In this document: positions 12,420 to 24,300 of the stretch, in pieces | Layout: each line of letters opens with the position of its first letter | Position numbering within the stretch: the stretch's first letter is position 1 | Source of the DNA: Oopsacas minuta | Lineage: Eukaryota; Animalia; Porifera | DNA: 64,000 nucleotides | Direction: 5' to 3' | NCBI GenBank assembly: GCA_024704765.1 | Contig: JAKMXF010000066.1 | Coordinates: 434,001-498,000 of the forward strand | Program-made: the position numbers and the translations under genes | Notes under the pieces: model-generated | Databases searched by the model: none | Told to the model about the DNA's origin: nothing | Seen by the model: only the letters and a program-made list of their open reading frames with translations

Positions 12420-13005
12420 TTTAATTTAGCATAAGAATTCCTTCTCTAGATTGTTTATATACTTGTGTTCAATTTACAGTGAAAGGTTTCCTACACAAGT
12501 GAATATAATTTTTTTTTCGTAGAATATTAGATATTACACAACACAAAATGTATTAAATTATTAATCTCCCTGTTTATTACACTTGTTACTGGCTAATCTC
12601 ATGATTTGGGATATACTATTATGAAGCAAAATGTGATGTAATCTTTTTAAATGATTGCTCAATTTGTCTGCCCTTTGTGCAACTCGTGTTTGCTACGCTT
12701 AATATTTACATTCAGTTAGCCATTGTAGTAAATTTACTCATTAGCGCAGATGGTCAAGGTTCTTTTTTGAATAATTACACTTTTTAATAAAGGTTTGGCG
12801 ACCTATCCCGACTCGAAAACAATTGTATATGCTCAGAAGTTGTGAGTATATTTTATTAAATATCTTGCACCCAAGCTTTATTGGGTACAAGACATTTAAC
12901 CTGAGCTATGTCATTGATTTGCCCTTCAGAAAAATACAGTCTATCACTAAAATTCGATACTAACTAAAACTACAAGTGTTGCTAAAAATAAACTACGTAT
13001 CTTGT

Positions 13006-13455
13006 TCAAAACTCCTTCTTGAACTCGCTCAGATACCCTTTCAATATCTCCTCCGCTCTTGACAATTCATAGTCCACAACTTTGAATCTCTCTCCATTAT
13101 CTGCCCCTCTAATCATAGAGGAAAGTCTTTTACCAGATTCTGGTCTGAACAGACACAACACTCTCTTCCCCATAGCTACGCATCTCCCAATTTCATAGCC
13201 AACTCCCAACGAAGGTTGGGTCACTTCTGCTATAAATACATCTGTCTTCACGAGCCAATCGATATCTCTGTCGTGTATGCCTTTGTTAGTCAGTCCTTTC
13301 TCCAGTTCTTCAACATTTGCTGATCCTACATGTTCTGTCAATACTGTACCGTATCCTTTTAAGATTTCTACTAACTTAGCGTATACATCAGCATCTTGTC
13401 TGCCTGCAGCAATACTGCCTGCAAAGTATATATTCAGGCCTGATCCAGTTGCCAT
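13006..13455 (-). CDS. DNPH1: 2'-deoxynucleoside 5'-phosphate N-hydrolase (RCL), 149 aa
   Basis: IYFAGSIAAGRQD, VLTEHV, IHDRDIDWL, AEVTQPSLGVGYEIG, LSSMIRGA. Confidence 0.93.
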   Translation of the reverse strand: MATGSGLNIYFAGSIAAGRQDADVYAKLVEILKGYGTVLTEHVGSANVEELEKGLTNKGIHDRDIDWLVKTDVFIAEVTQPSLGVGYEIGRCVAMGKRVLCLFRPESGKRLSSMIRGADNGERFKVVDYELSRAEEILKGYLSEFKKEF

Positions 13456-13579
13456 TATAAATTAGCTAATGATACAGTAAAACCTTAGGAAGTGTTTGAT
13501 GCTTCAAACTTCATTATACATATACGTATTTGATTTCTACATAATTGCATTATTTTGTTGTTGATATTATTAGCTGAGA

Positions 13580-14740
13580 ATGTTACGTCAAATATTAAAG
13601 TTAAATCGGATCACAAGTCTCTCACTCAGAGCTATTTCAAGGGAGTACAATTCTACAAACAAACCTATTGGAAATATGATTTTACGGAAATCTGTATACT
13701 CTTCTCACATACAACTTATCTACAGACGGTTTAGCACTGAGCCATTACCAGAACTTGATTTCGGGGAGTTTATCCCGCTATTCAACCGAAATATGATTGA
13801 TTTTTATATTCGAGAACGATTCGCGGTTATTTTCAATGTATTAAAAGATGGAACTCAGTTTAAATTAACCAAGGAAGATGTAGGTGACTTAAATGCGTCG
13901 TATCTACGTCATTTTTGTCAAATTATGGTCGATGCGAACGATGCAAACCCCTCAATTCCTACTCACCGTTTAATACTCCCAATACTAAGATATTTCGTGG
14001 ATTATCCGTATGTGCCTGGCCAATGGATGCTATACAATCTTGCACTAGCTCTCAATAGGTATGCAAGTACTGATGAAGAAAGGGAAGAATTAATGGCTAT
14101 TATTAAAGAATTTGATGCGATTCATTTCATGCAAGGCCGCCATATACTGGCTAAAGTGTACTACGAGGGTAGGCATGTGAAACAGAATTTCGTTGCAGCT
14201 CTTGCCTTACTAGAAATAAATGTTAGAACCGCTTATATGCCCAGTCTAATTCTGCTAGCTATAATGCTTAGAGATGGAAATGGAGTAACTCAAGACTATT
14301 CGAGAGCAGCTGAGATATTTCTCTCTGCTGGGTTAAAGGAAGATCCCGATGGGTTTATTTTACTAGCAGAACTATACCAGAAAGGTTTGGGAGTGGAAAA
14401 ATCTGACATAAGAGCTCTTCAATATATGAAAGATGCTGCTAAATTGAAATCTAAAGTCGGGATACATAACGTTGGGTGTGCTTACTTTATCGGTAGAGGC
14501 TGTGAGCAGAGTTATATAAAAGCTTTCAATCAATTTAGAAAAGCTGCTGAACTTGGAAATCCTCTCTCTCAAATAAATTTGGGAAATATGTATTATAATG
14601 GATTAGGAGTTGCTAAGAATTTGAAAGAAGCACGTAAGTGGTATGTCCAAGCATCTTCGATGAAACGTGAAGCTCTAGATCTTGTTAAAATTGTGGATGA
14701 GAAAATTGTTGAATCAATGGAGAAAACAAATAAAGAATAA
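13580..14740 (+). CDS. Sel1-like repeat protein with probable mitochondrial presequence, 386 aa, single exon
   Basis: Arg/Ser/Leu-rich acid-poor N-terminus ending RRF|S; several Sel1 repeats (e.g. SQINLGNMYYNGLGVAKNLKEARKWYVQAS). Confidence 0.8.
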   Translation: MLRQILKLNRITSLSLRAISREYNSTNKPIGNMILRKSVYSSHIQLIYRRFSTEPLPELDFGEFIPLFNRNMIDFYIRERFAVIFNVLKDGTQFKLTKEDVGDLNASYLRHFCQIMVDANDANPSIPTHRLILPILRYFVDYPYVPGQWMLYNLALALNRYASTDEEREELMAIIKEFDAIHFMQGRHILAKVYYEGRHVKQNFVAALALLEINVRTAYMPSLILLAIMLRDGNGVTQDYSRAAEIFLSAGLKEDPDGFILLAELYQKGLGVEKSDIRALQYMKDAAKLKSKVGIHNVGCAYFIGRGCEQSYIKAFNQFRKAAELGNPLSQINLGNMYYNGLGVAKNLKEARKWYVQASSMKREALDLVKIVDEKIVESMEKTNKE

Positions 14741-14921
14741 TCTAGTAATGTATTTTAAGCTAAAAATGTGTATGACGTAATAGTTAATAATATACGCATT
14801 TACTGGTTTATTATCACAATGGGTATGTAGAAATTCATCACACACAGTGCAACTATAGTGACCTATTTCCAATTTGTTCCCTTCATCCATCGTATCATTT
14901 GTATGTACAATGTAGTTCACT

Positions 14922-14974
14922 TATTAGCAAGTCTTTTGCACGAATTTCCTTGTTATTAGGCGAACGCCACTGTA
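14922..14974 (+). mobile_element. MITE family B, right-end fragment
   Basis: cgaatttccttgttattaggcgaacgccactgta matches the ends of the copies at 25441 and 21758. Confidence 0.55.
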
Positions 14975-15301
14975 GTCTTATATATTTTGTTATTATCTAG
15001 ATTTGTTAGATATGGAGGAATCCTTTCCAAACAAGGGAATATCCGTTAGGAGTAAATAATCCTGAATTATTAAATGTTCTACCAGTGATATTAGATGTTG
15101 TTATTCACATAGTTTATTGTATTCAATAAATACACAATTGATATTATGCAAAGTTGTGATATGCATATTTTGGGATCATCAAAATTACCTCTATAAATTT
15201 AAGTAGAAAGTGTATTTACTGATCGAACAGCTCTCCGAGTGTAGGTATAACAATTTATATATTTTAATAAGAGAGACAGGGAATACTAATTCCTGATTCT
15301 G

Positions 15302-18300
15302 ATGGCTAAGCTCGTATTAGAGGATGGAGCTGAATATATAGGCGTATCTTTTGGACACAATTCCGCTGCTACAGGGGAAATAGGTAATTAAATACAACGT
15401 ATTTACTTATAGAGTTTATGAGCAATTTTTGTATAGTTTTTCAAACTGGGATGGTTGGCTATGTGGAATCTCTGACTGATCCTTCTTATTACGGACAAAT
15501 TCTTGTGCTAACATATCCACTGATTGGGAATTATGGAGTACAGGCTAAACTCTACACAAAGTGAGTATTCAGTTCACATGTTCTGTACTTTTAATTATTG
15601 TGATTAAAATTTAGGGACAAACTCATCAAAACTCCCTTCCAATCAGATAAGATTCAGGTTAGAGCTGTTATAGTGGGTGACTACATTGATGATATGTCTC
15701 ATTGGACAGCTGAGAGGACACTATCTCAGTGGCTTAAGGAGGAGGGAGTACCAGCTATCACAGGTAAGATGTTATCTCACGATTATAAAGCGTGGGTGAA
15801 TAACTGTCTATTTTTCGTTTCGTTCTGTCCTTATCGTTTGTAATCCCAACAAGGAGTTGATACTAGAGCTCTAACAAAAAGACTCAGAGAGAATGGGACT
15901 ATGTTAGGACAGGTATTAACTATCGTTTGTATGCACAGTCAACTCCCCTTATATCGAAGCTGAGACCGAAATAATTACTACGGCAATATAAGCGAGTTTC
16001 GATGTAATAAAATATCTGTTTCTTTGGTTTGGAACAACATCGTACAATTTCAGACTTCGATATAAGCGGGTATCAGAACATTTTGAAATTTTATTTCCTC
16101 GAATTTGCACTCACATTTTATTAGATCGTACAATCAAAAGGAGAATTAATTGAAACTATTCCAGACCCCAACAAGGAGAATTTGATAGCAACAGTATCCT
16201 GTAAGGTAACCAATCAAATCACATACATTATATGCTTATTTATTTATTAATAGTAAGCAGAATTTATTTTATTTTATTGAATCCAAAAATGTTTGAAATT
16301 GATTCTGTTGATGAGGATAATCCTAAAGTACAGGGTAAGCTACAGGACATTACGGAGAGAATGTCTCTCCTGCTCACTAGCTATGAAGGTCCTTCCGATA
16401 AGCTAAGTCAGCGACTAGCTCTCAAGAGAGAGAAAAAGAATAATCAAGTGAAAGCTGAGATATTTGACATTTTAACGGATTTTGATCAGATTGTGGATGA
16501 AAGAGACGATTTGCTTTCTTCTATTGAGAGTTGGTTTGATGGTTCTTCTAGGCTAATGCAGGGAGTTAATACAGATGGAAATGCTGAAGAGGCCTGGAAG
16601 ATGATTGAGAATGAAATGAAGAAATTGTTTGGTGTTCTTCAAGCATATAAGAATTCTAGTAAAGATGTATCAGCACTGGAGCGTAGACTTTTAGAAGTTG
16701 TATTTAAAGATACTGCTGATATTGGAGAATTGGAGAAAGTTCGTAATAAAATATCTTTTAACAGTTTTAGGAAGAAAACGAAATCTAAATTGAATTCACG
16801 AGTTAAGAAAAATACACGTTTGGAATCAGTCGAGGAAATTAAATCAGAATTAAGTATCACATCTTTGTCAAAAGCTAAAAAGGATTCCTCTAATTTACCA
16901 GCCAAGTTGTGTCCAGTAGAAATACAAACAAACCTTCTAAATGATTCACAAAAAACTAACGGAAATGTAGTAATGAAATGTGTCAATAAAGAACAGGTCA
17001 AACCTCATAAAAATAAGAACAGAATTAATGTAGCTATACAAACAGATGATTTTGAATGTGAACCTAACTTTTCGAATGAGAAAATCATTGCAGAATGTTT
17101 GCCTGACTCAATTGATGCTATTCAATCTATTTCTTGTTTGCAGGATAGTTTGGTAGAAATTATAGATCAGTCAGATACAAGCATCAATACAAATAATATG
17201 AATTTTTCCATCACTGATGCATTAAAGAATGAATTGGAATTTCTCTCTTACAAGCCAAAACGTAACCACTTAACAATCAGAAAAAATACTACATCTACAC
17301 CAACTAAACAAGCAAATATATCTACACCAACAAAACAAGCAAATACATCAGCCAATTCTCCTTTTATACATTTGAAGAATTCTCCTGTTCTATCCCCGAT
17401 AACTTCCAAACCTATTCTATCTAACAAACGTGACACGAACAACTTTTCTCCCAAATTTCCTAACCTAAGTTTCATTCAGAAAGAACAATTAAAACACGAT
17501 AACATTGAGCTGTATCTATCAAAATCTAACAGAAGGAGTCCTGTAATGGATCATAGACTATTTACTCCAATTTCTGAGTATCCCTCGAAGAAGAACAGTA
17601 GTACTATAAGGACTCTAGGTAGTGTCAGAATGGATCGAGCTATGCCTACTCATATATTCAAACAAGATGACCAAGTTAAGAAATGGGGAAGCAGTCTTGT
17701 TGATTTTATGAAGGACATGTGTATCTAGTGACTTTATTGCAAACTTTTTCACCAAATATTTGTTATTAGAAATCTTACGATTTAATATGTGAATCTACTA
17801 TACAGGAAACATATCAGTACCCTATTTATTTGTATTTCAGTCAGGTTATACATGAATTTAATTGCTATTTATTCTAATTCTCCAGTCTACACATCTCTAC
17901 AATGCAACAGGATCTCCTCGTATAGTGCTAGTAGATTGTGGAGTTAAATCTAACATAATTCACTGCTTGACAGAGAGAGGAGCTCAAGTTTTGAGGGTAC
18001 CTTGGAATTATGATTGGACGCAAGAAAAAGTGTGTTGGGTATTATACTAATGTCCCTATGAAGTTTCATTATTGCTACAACTTATTTAGTTTGAGGGAGT
18101 AGTGATCAGTAACGGACCTGGTGATCCTGCTCTCTGCAAAGAATGCGTACATATAACTGAGAAATATATTAAATCTGATGGAAGCAAACCTCTATTTGGT
18201 ATTTGCATGGGTAATCAGATTCTTGCTTTAGCAATTGGTGCAAAAACATATAAACTCAAGTAAGAACTTTTTTGCATTTCAACTTTTAAATTCAGATATT

Positions 18301-21300
18301 TCTATATTGAGATAATGCATATTGTCATTCGAATTTATATGTTATATTTCCCGTAAGATATGGAAACAGAGGATTCAACCAACCTTGCAGAATCGACTCT
18401 GTTCATTCTATCCTAACTACACAGAACCATGGATATGCTGTTGACACTAGTACACTCCCTGATGACTGGTTTTCTCTATTCCAGAATGCAAATGATTTAA
18501 CTAATGAAGGCATAGCTCATAAAACAAGACCGTTTTTCAGTGTACAGTTTCATCCAGAGGGCTGTGGAGGTCCCAGAGATGCAGAGGGACTATTTGACCT
18601 GTTTCTTGATTCAGTTAAGAAGTGTAATAAGGGAGGAAGTATTGATATACAGGAAAGAGTTATAGCTAAGTTTGCTCCAGTACAAGTTGCAGAGAGTAAG
18701 GACAATGACATTAAGAAGGTGCTGATATTAGGCAGTGGAGGATTGTCTATTGGACAAGCTGGAGAGTTTGACTATTCTGGATCTCAGGTAATTGTTTAAT
18801 ATTGTCTTTTATAAGATTATCCGATGTCCTACAGCCAATAAAACTGCTATTTGACTGTGCTATACCTAGGCTCTCAAAGCTTTCAAAGAAGAAGGTATTC
18901 ATACTATCCTAGTAAATCCTAATATTGCTACAGTTCAGACGTCAAAAGGAATGGCGGATAAGATATACTCTATTCCCATTACTCCTGATTATGTATCACA
19001 GGTTAACATTCACGTATAACTAAAACAGTACATCTAGTATTTATATGTATTGTATTTAGGTAATTGAATGTGAGAGGCCTGATGGGATAGTTCTATCATT
19101 TGGTGGTCAGACTGCCCTCAATTGTGGAGTAGCTCTAAATGAACAAGGAATATACGATAAGTATAATATACAGGTTAGTCCAGACAGCAACTTTGAAATC
19201 ATTTGACTTAATTTTACTGTGCTTGGTTATAGGTTTTAGGTACTTCTATCGATGCTATAAAATGCACAGAAGATAGACAAAAGTTTGCTGAGAAATTGAA
19301 TTGTATTGGAGAGAATGTTGCATTTGGGAAAGCAGCTAGTTCAGTTGATGAGGTAACTTCCTAGTACAATTATTTAATAGCATATATTAAATTGAATAAT
19401 AGATGTATAACAATTTCCATTACAAATTTATTCGAATGTTTCGTCGATACTAAGCTTATCTTTAGGCTATCAAGTTCGTTAATGAGATTGGATACCCTGT
19501 GTTAGTTCGAGCAGACTTTTCTCTCGGCGGTTACAGATCAGGTTTTGCTTCTAACGAGTTAGAACTGACTACTATAGTAACTGCAGCACTGGTACATTCA
19601 CAGCAAGTGTTTGTTGATAAATCTCTTAAAGGCTGGAAAGAGATTGAGTATGAGGTTATGAGAGATGTGTATGGTAATGCAGTAACGGTAAGATTACTGA
19701 AGGGGTATATACACTTAGTATGCAAATTGAGGAAGTTCGATATTTGTAGATTTTTCAATTTTTTGCAGTTTCAAAAGCATGAATTTATTGGTAAAAACTC
19801 AAAATCTTCCTAGGTACAGTCAAACCTCTACAAATGGGTGGAAACGGAATTCTGAAAACGGTATGAAAATTAAATCGGGCGAATTCCTAAATCAACCGCG
19901 CCACTAACGGGGAAACGGTGTAGCATTTTTCGGCTTCCCTGGCTCTCCGTTCATGGAGGTTACACTGTATTTGTATTATGTGTAGATCTGCAACATGGAG
20001 AATCTGGATCCAGTAGGAATTCACACTGGGGAGAGTATAGTTGTAGCTCCCAGCCAGACTCTGACTGATCAGGAGTACCAACAGCTCCGGAGTGTTTCTC
20101 TCAAAATAGCTCACTATTTGGGGATTGTAGGGGAGTGTAATGTGCAATTTGCTCTAAACCCTATTAAGAATGAGGTACAGTATTTATAATAAGAATTACA
20201 ATACGTCCCAAAAGTAGGAGAACGATTTGATTCAATTTATAGATATGAAATTCTCGGTTTACTTATTTGCCAACCGAGCTCCCTGGATTATCCCGGATTT
20301 ACAAGAAACCCAAGAAACTATTCGCGAACTAATAGCCCGAAATGTTATTTATTTATTGGAATTGGAAATCCAGGCAATTTGCCGAAAATCTCGCGAAATA
20401 TAGTGTTAGAAATTTTATGTGTTGTATTACTTGTATAGAAATAATTATATTTTTATTGTGTATAATATTTAGTATTGCATCATAGAAGTTAACGCTAGAC
20501 TATCTCGTAGCTCAGCTTTAGCTTCAAAAGCTACTGGATACTCAATAGCATACGTAGCAGCTAAACTAGCTCTCAATATGTCTCTGCTACGATTGGAGAA
20601 TAACGTTACTGGTACTAATACTGCTTGCTTTGAACCTAGTCTTGATTACGTCACTGTTAAACTACCTCGATGGGACTTTGGAAAATTCGCTGGAGTCAAC
20701 AATAGGGTATGTGTGTATTTCTATATCTAGAAATTGTGAGTTTTGTATAAATGTTGATAGATTGGTAGCTCTATGAAGAGTGTTGGAGAAGTTATGGCAA
20801 TTGGGAGGAAGTTCGAAGAAGCTTTACAGAAAGCTCTGAGAATGATTGATGAAAAAGTTACTGGTCTTGATGCTAATGCTTATAAATTTAACCCAGACGT
20901 AAGTATCAGTTATTTTCGCATTTATACAATGTAATTTCCACAAACAAGGAAACGAGGTATCATTTTCCAGCGATGATATACATTTAAGCGACCGCTACGT
21001 ATACTGGTGATTATGTTTCTGTAAAGTTATTGTTTACTGTTACATTGTTAGGATTTAAGCAATCCCTCAGATAAGAGAGTGTTTAGCATTGCAGCTGCAA
21101 TGAAAGAAGGATACACTATAAAGAAACTATCTAATCTTACACAGATAGATCCCTGGTTTTTAAACAGGATGAAAAGAATTGTTGATTTCTCTTCTCAGCT
21201 AGAAAGTATGCAAAAAAAGGTTAAGAATTTAATAATATAAAGTTAGTAGAAATTTGTTGAATATTTTATTAAAATTTAGATGAGTGAGATTGATCCATCA

Positions 21301-24300
21301 CTCATTCTGGAGGCAAAAAAGTTGGGATTTTCTGACAAACAGATAGCTCGTCATGTCAACAAGTTAGTACCCGTATATTCCTGTGTGCTTCTTCTAATTA
21401 TAATCACGTTCTTACAGCATAGAGTTAAATGTGAGGAAATACAGACTTGAGCATAACATTGTACCATACGTGAAGCAGATAGATACAGTAGCTGGAGAAT
21501 ATCCAGCTTACAGCAACTACCTCTATCTAACATATAATGCTACTGAACATGATTTGCTTCCATCTGATAATGCTATTCTAGTATTAGGAAGTGGTGTATA
21601 TAGAATTGGTAGTAGTGTAGAGTTTGATTGGTGTGCTGTAGGGTGTATCAGAGAGCTGAGAAAGGTAAAATGGAATTTTTGTTACATTTTATTCTACTTT
21701 GATATTTCTTTCATTTTTACCGTGCACTTGACCTACGCAGTGCATTATTTATTGGTATACAGTGAAGTTCGCTTATTTGCAAGTCGTATTATCTACGAAT
21801 TTCCCTTGCTATTAGATAAAATATTTCCAAAATTCATTTGATAGCAAGTTTACGTATTAGCAAAGGTTGACTCTAAGTCCCTGAAAAAAACTTGCTTTTA
21901 GGCGAATTGCTAATATGCGAATTTATTTTTAATGTATCTTATGTTTAGCTCACTTATAGTACAATAATGGTTAATAACAATCCAGAGACCGTTAGTACAG
22001 ATTATGATGAGTGTGATAGACTGTATTTTGAGGAATTAAGTTTTGAGGTAAGAAAATATAATAAATATCTACAGTTCCTTTGTAATATATATTCTTGTAT
22101 AATTAGGTTGTACTCGATATTTATAACCTTGAGATGCCACAAGGAATGATTGTAAGCGCAGGAGGACAGCTACCTAACAATATTGCTCTAGCTCTACACA
22201 GACAACGTGTATGTTGTAAATATCTTATATATCTTAATATATGTATTTGTCGATGGTTTGTTTTTTGTCCGGAATTGATTGAGCGCTAGAGACTTGAAAA
22301 TTTGGCATGTGTGTGGACTATAATGAGGAATATTATTAATATTTCAGTGGACTATTGAAACCATATTATTCCACCAAATATCTATTTTGGCAAAAAATTT
22401 CAAATTGCATATAAATAATCGTGTTATACATTTGAAAGTGTCCGAATCGAATTCTACACTCCTATTTTCCCCTAAATAGCAGGTAATCTCAAGGACAGTT
22501 TTGAAAGATTGATAAAGAGTGAAAATATGATATTGTCAACAAGATATTGTCTATTTTTTGTTGTTTAGATGCATAAAGTAAACAATTTTCTAAATAGTCT
22601 TAGAAACTTGGATTCAACGGTTATACCGGGGTAATCGGATACGCTGATTCCGAATTACGCACTTTCAAGGTACTCATGTGTGAATAATAGTTGGTCTTAA
22701 ACGAGCAAGCGAGGCGGCTCGTTATTGATAATTATCGGTCTTTTTTTAAAGTGTTCGCAAAACTTGCTTATATTAAATTAATTTCGTATATTCTTGATGT
22801 TATTTCATAGGTTAAAATACTTGGTACAAGTCCTGAGATGATAGATACAGCTGAGAACAGATTTAAGTTCTCTCGTCTTCTCGATTCTATTCAAGTTACA
22901 CAACCAAAATGGAGAGAAGTGAAGGACATAGAAGTAAGTGACGAAATCACTAATATGCCCAAATCTCAAAATTTATTTATTTATTTGATGTAGACTGCTT
23001 CTGAATTCTGCAATGAAGTAGGATATCCTTGCTTACTGAGACCATCCTATGTATTGAGTGGAGCTGCAATGAATGTAGCAATGAATGATGAAGAATTGGA
23101 GCAGTATCTCAAAGATGCTATGATTGTGTCGAAAGATTATCCTGTTGTTATTTCAAGATACATTGTAGATGCTCAGGTGTATTATTTGAATATAGATTTT
23201 GTATCATCTTAAATAATCTGAAAAGTACGAAGTATGACTTTTAACCAATGCAACTCACCATCAAAATGGTGGGAAAATATCCAATGGATTCCGGTTATAA
23301 GACCCCCTTCTTGGGGGTAGCAACACATGTTCTTATAATCAGTATATTTACAGTTGTATATGGTGAACTTTATCCAGAGGATGGTGCTTATATTTGGCAT
23401 GTTCTTATAAGTTATAACCGGCGCCCACTGTATATTGTACAATTTTCTAGAATTATATGAATGTTCTTGGATTGTAGGAGATTGATGTAGATGCAGTTGC
23501 ACAGAACGGTAAATTACTAGCTATAGGTATAGCAGAACATGTAGAGAATGCTGGAGTGCATTCAGGAGATGCTACACTAATAACTCCACCCAAAAATATT
23601 AAGAAAACTATCTTGAAACTCATTGATAAGATTGTGAGGAAGATTGCTCAAGCTCTGCATGTTTCTGGACCTTTCAACTTACAGCTAATCGTTAAGGTAA
23701 ATACCTTTAATTAGTCCTGTGTTTATATTTGATTAATTCTATTATATTAGTTAATTTTGGCTAATTCGGTTATAGGAAGATGATATTAAAGTGATAGAGT
23801 GTAACTTGAGAGTTTCAAGGTCTCTCCCTTTCATTTCTAAGACGCTCGACACAGACTTTATGTCCCTAGCAACCAAAGTTATCATGGGAATTCCCTGTCA
23901 ACCTGTAAAGATGTCAACCAGCATTGAACGTGTTGGAGTTAAAGTGCCTCAGTTCTCGTTCTCCCGACTGGAGGGAGCTGATTGTAAAGTAGGAGTAGAG
24001 ATGTGTAGTACTGGGGAAGTAGCTTGTTTCGGAGAGAATGTGTATGAGGCTTATATCAAGGCACTGTTAAGTCGTGGATTCAAAATACCAACCAAAGCCA
24101 TTCTCTTATCAATCGGAACTTATAAAGTAAGTCTTTTAAACATTTATGTGATATATTTGCAGATTCGAGATATATTGATTAGCGTAGAGACACTGATGCT
24201 ACTTTCAATATATATCGGTATTTTAAATTATATAAACTAATCTAGGCTAAAAGAGAGCTTTTGGATACTGTGAAGTTGTTACAGAAGTTGAATTATGAGC

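Noticed and set aside
14714-14920. 68-aa minus-strand ORF with YSCTVCDEFLHTHC, resembling a C1/DC1-like zinc motif
   Set aside because: Too short, only part of a motif, no supporting upstream exon found, and it overlaps the Sel1 stop region
22230-22790. Repeat-like sequence in CAD intron 20 with a small GC hairpin (cgagcaagcgaggcggctcg), possibly Helitron/Helentron-derived
   Set aside because: Single copy in the window, with no termini or target site I can define
23209-23502. 97-aa and 70-aa ORFs inside CAD intron 22
   Set aside because: Lie in a degenerate MITE-like insert ending ccactgta; no protein similarity
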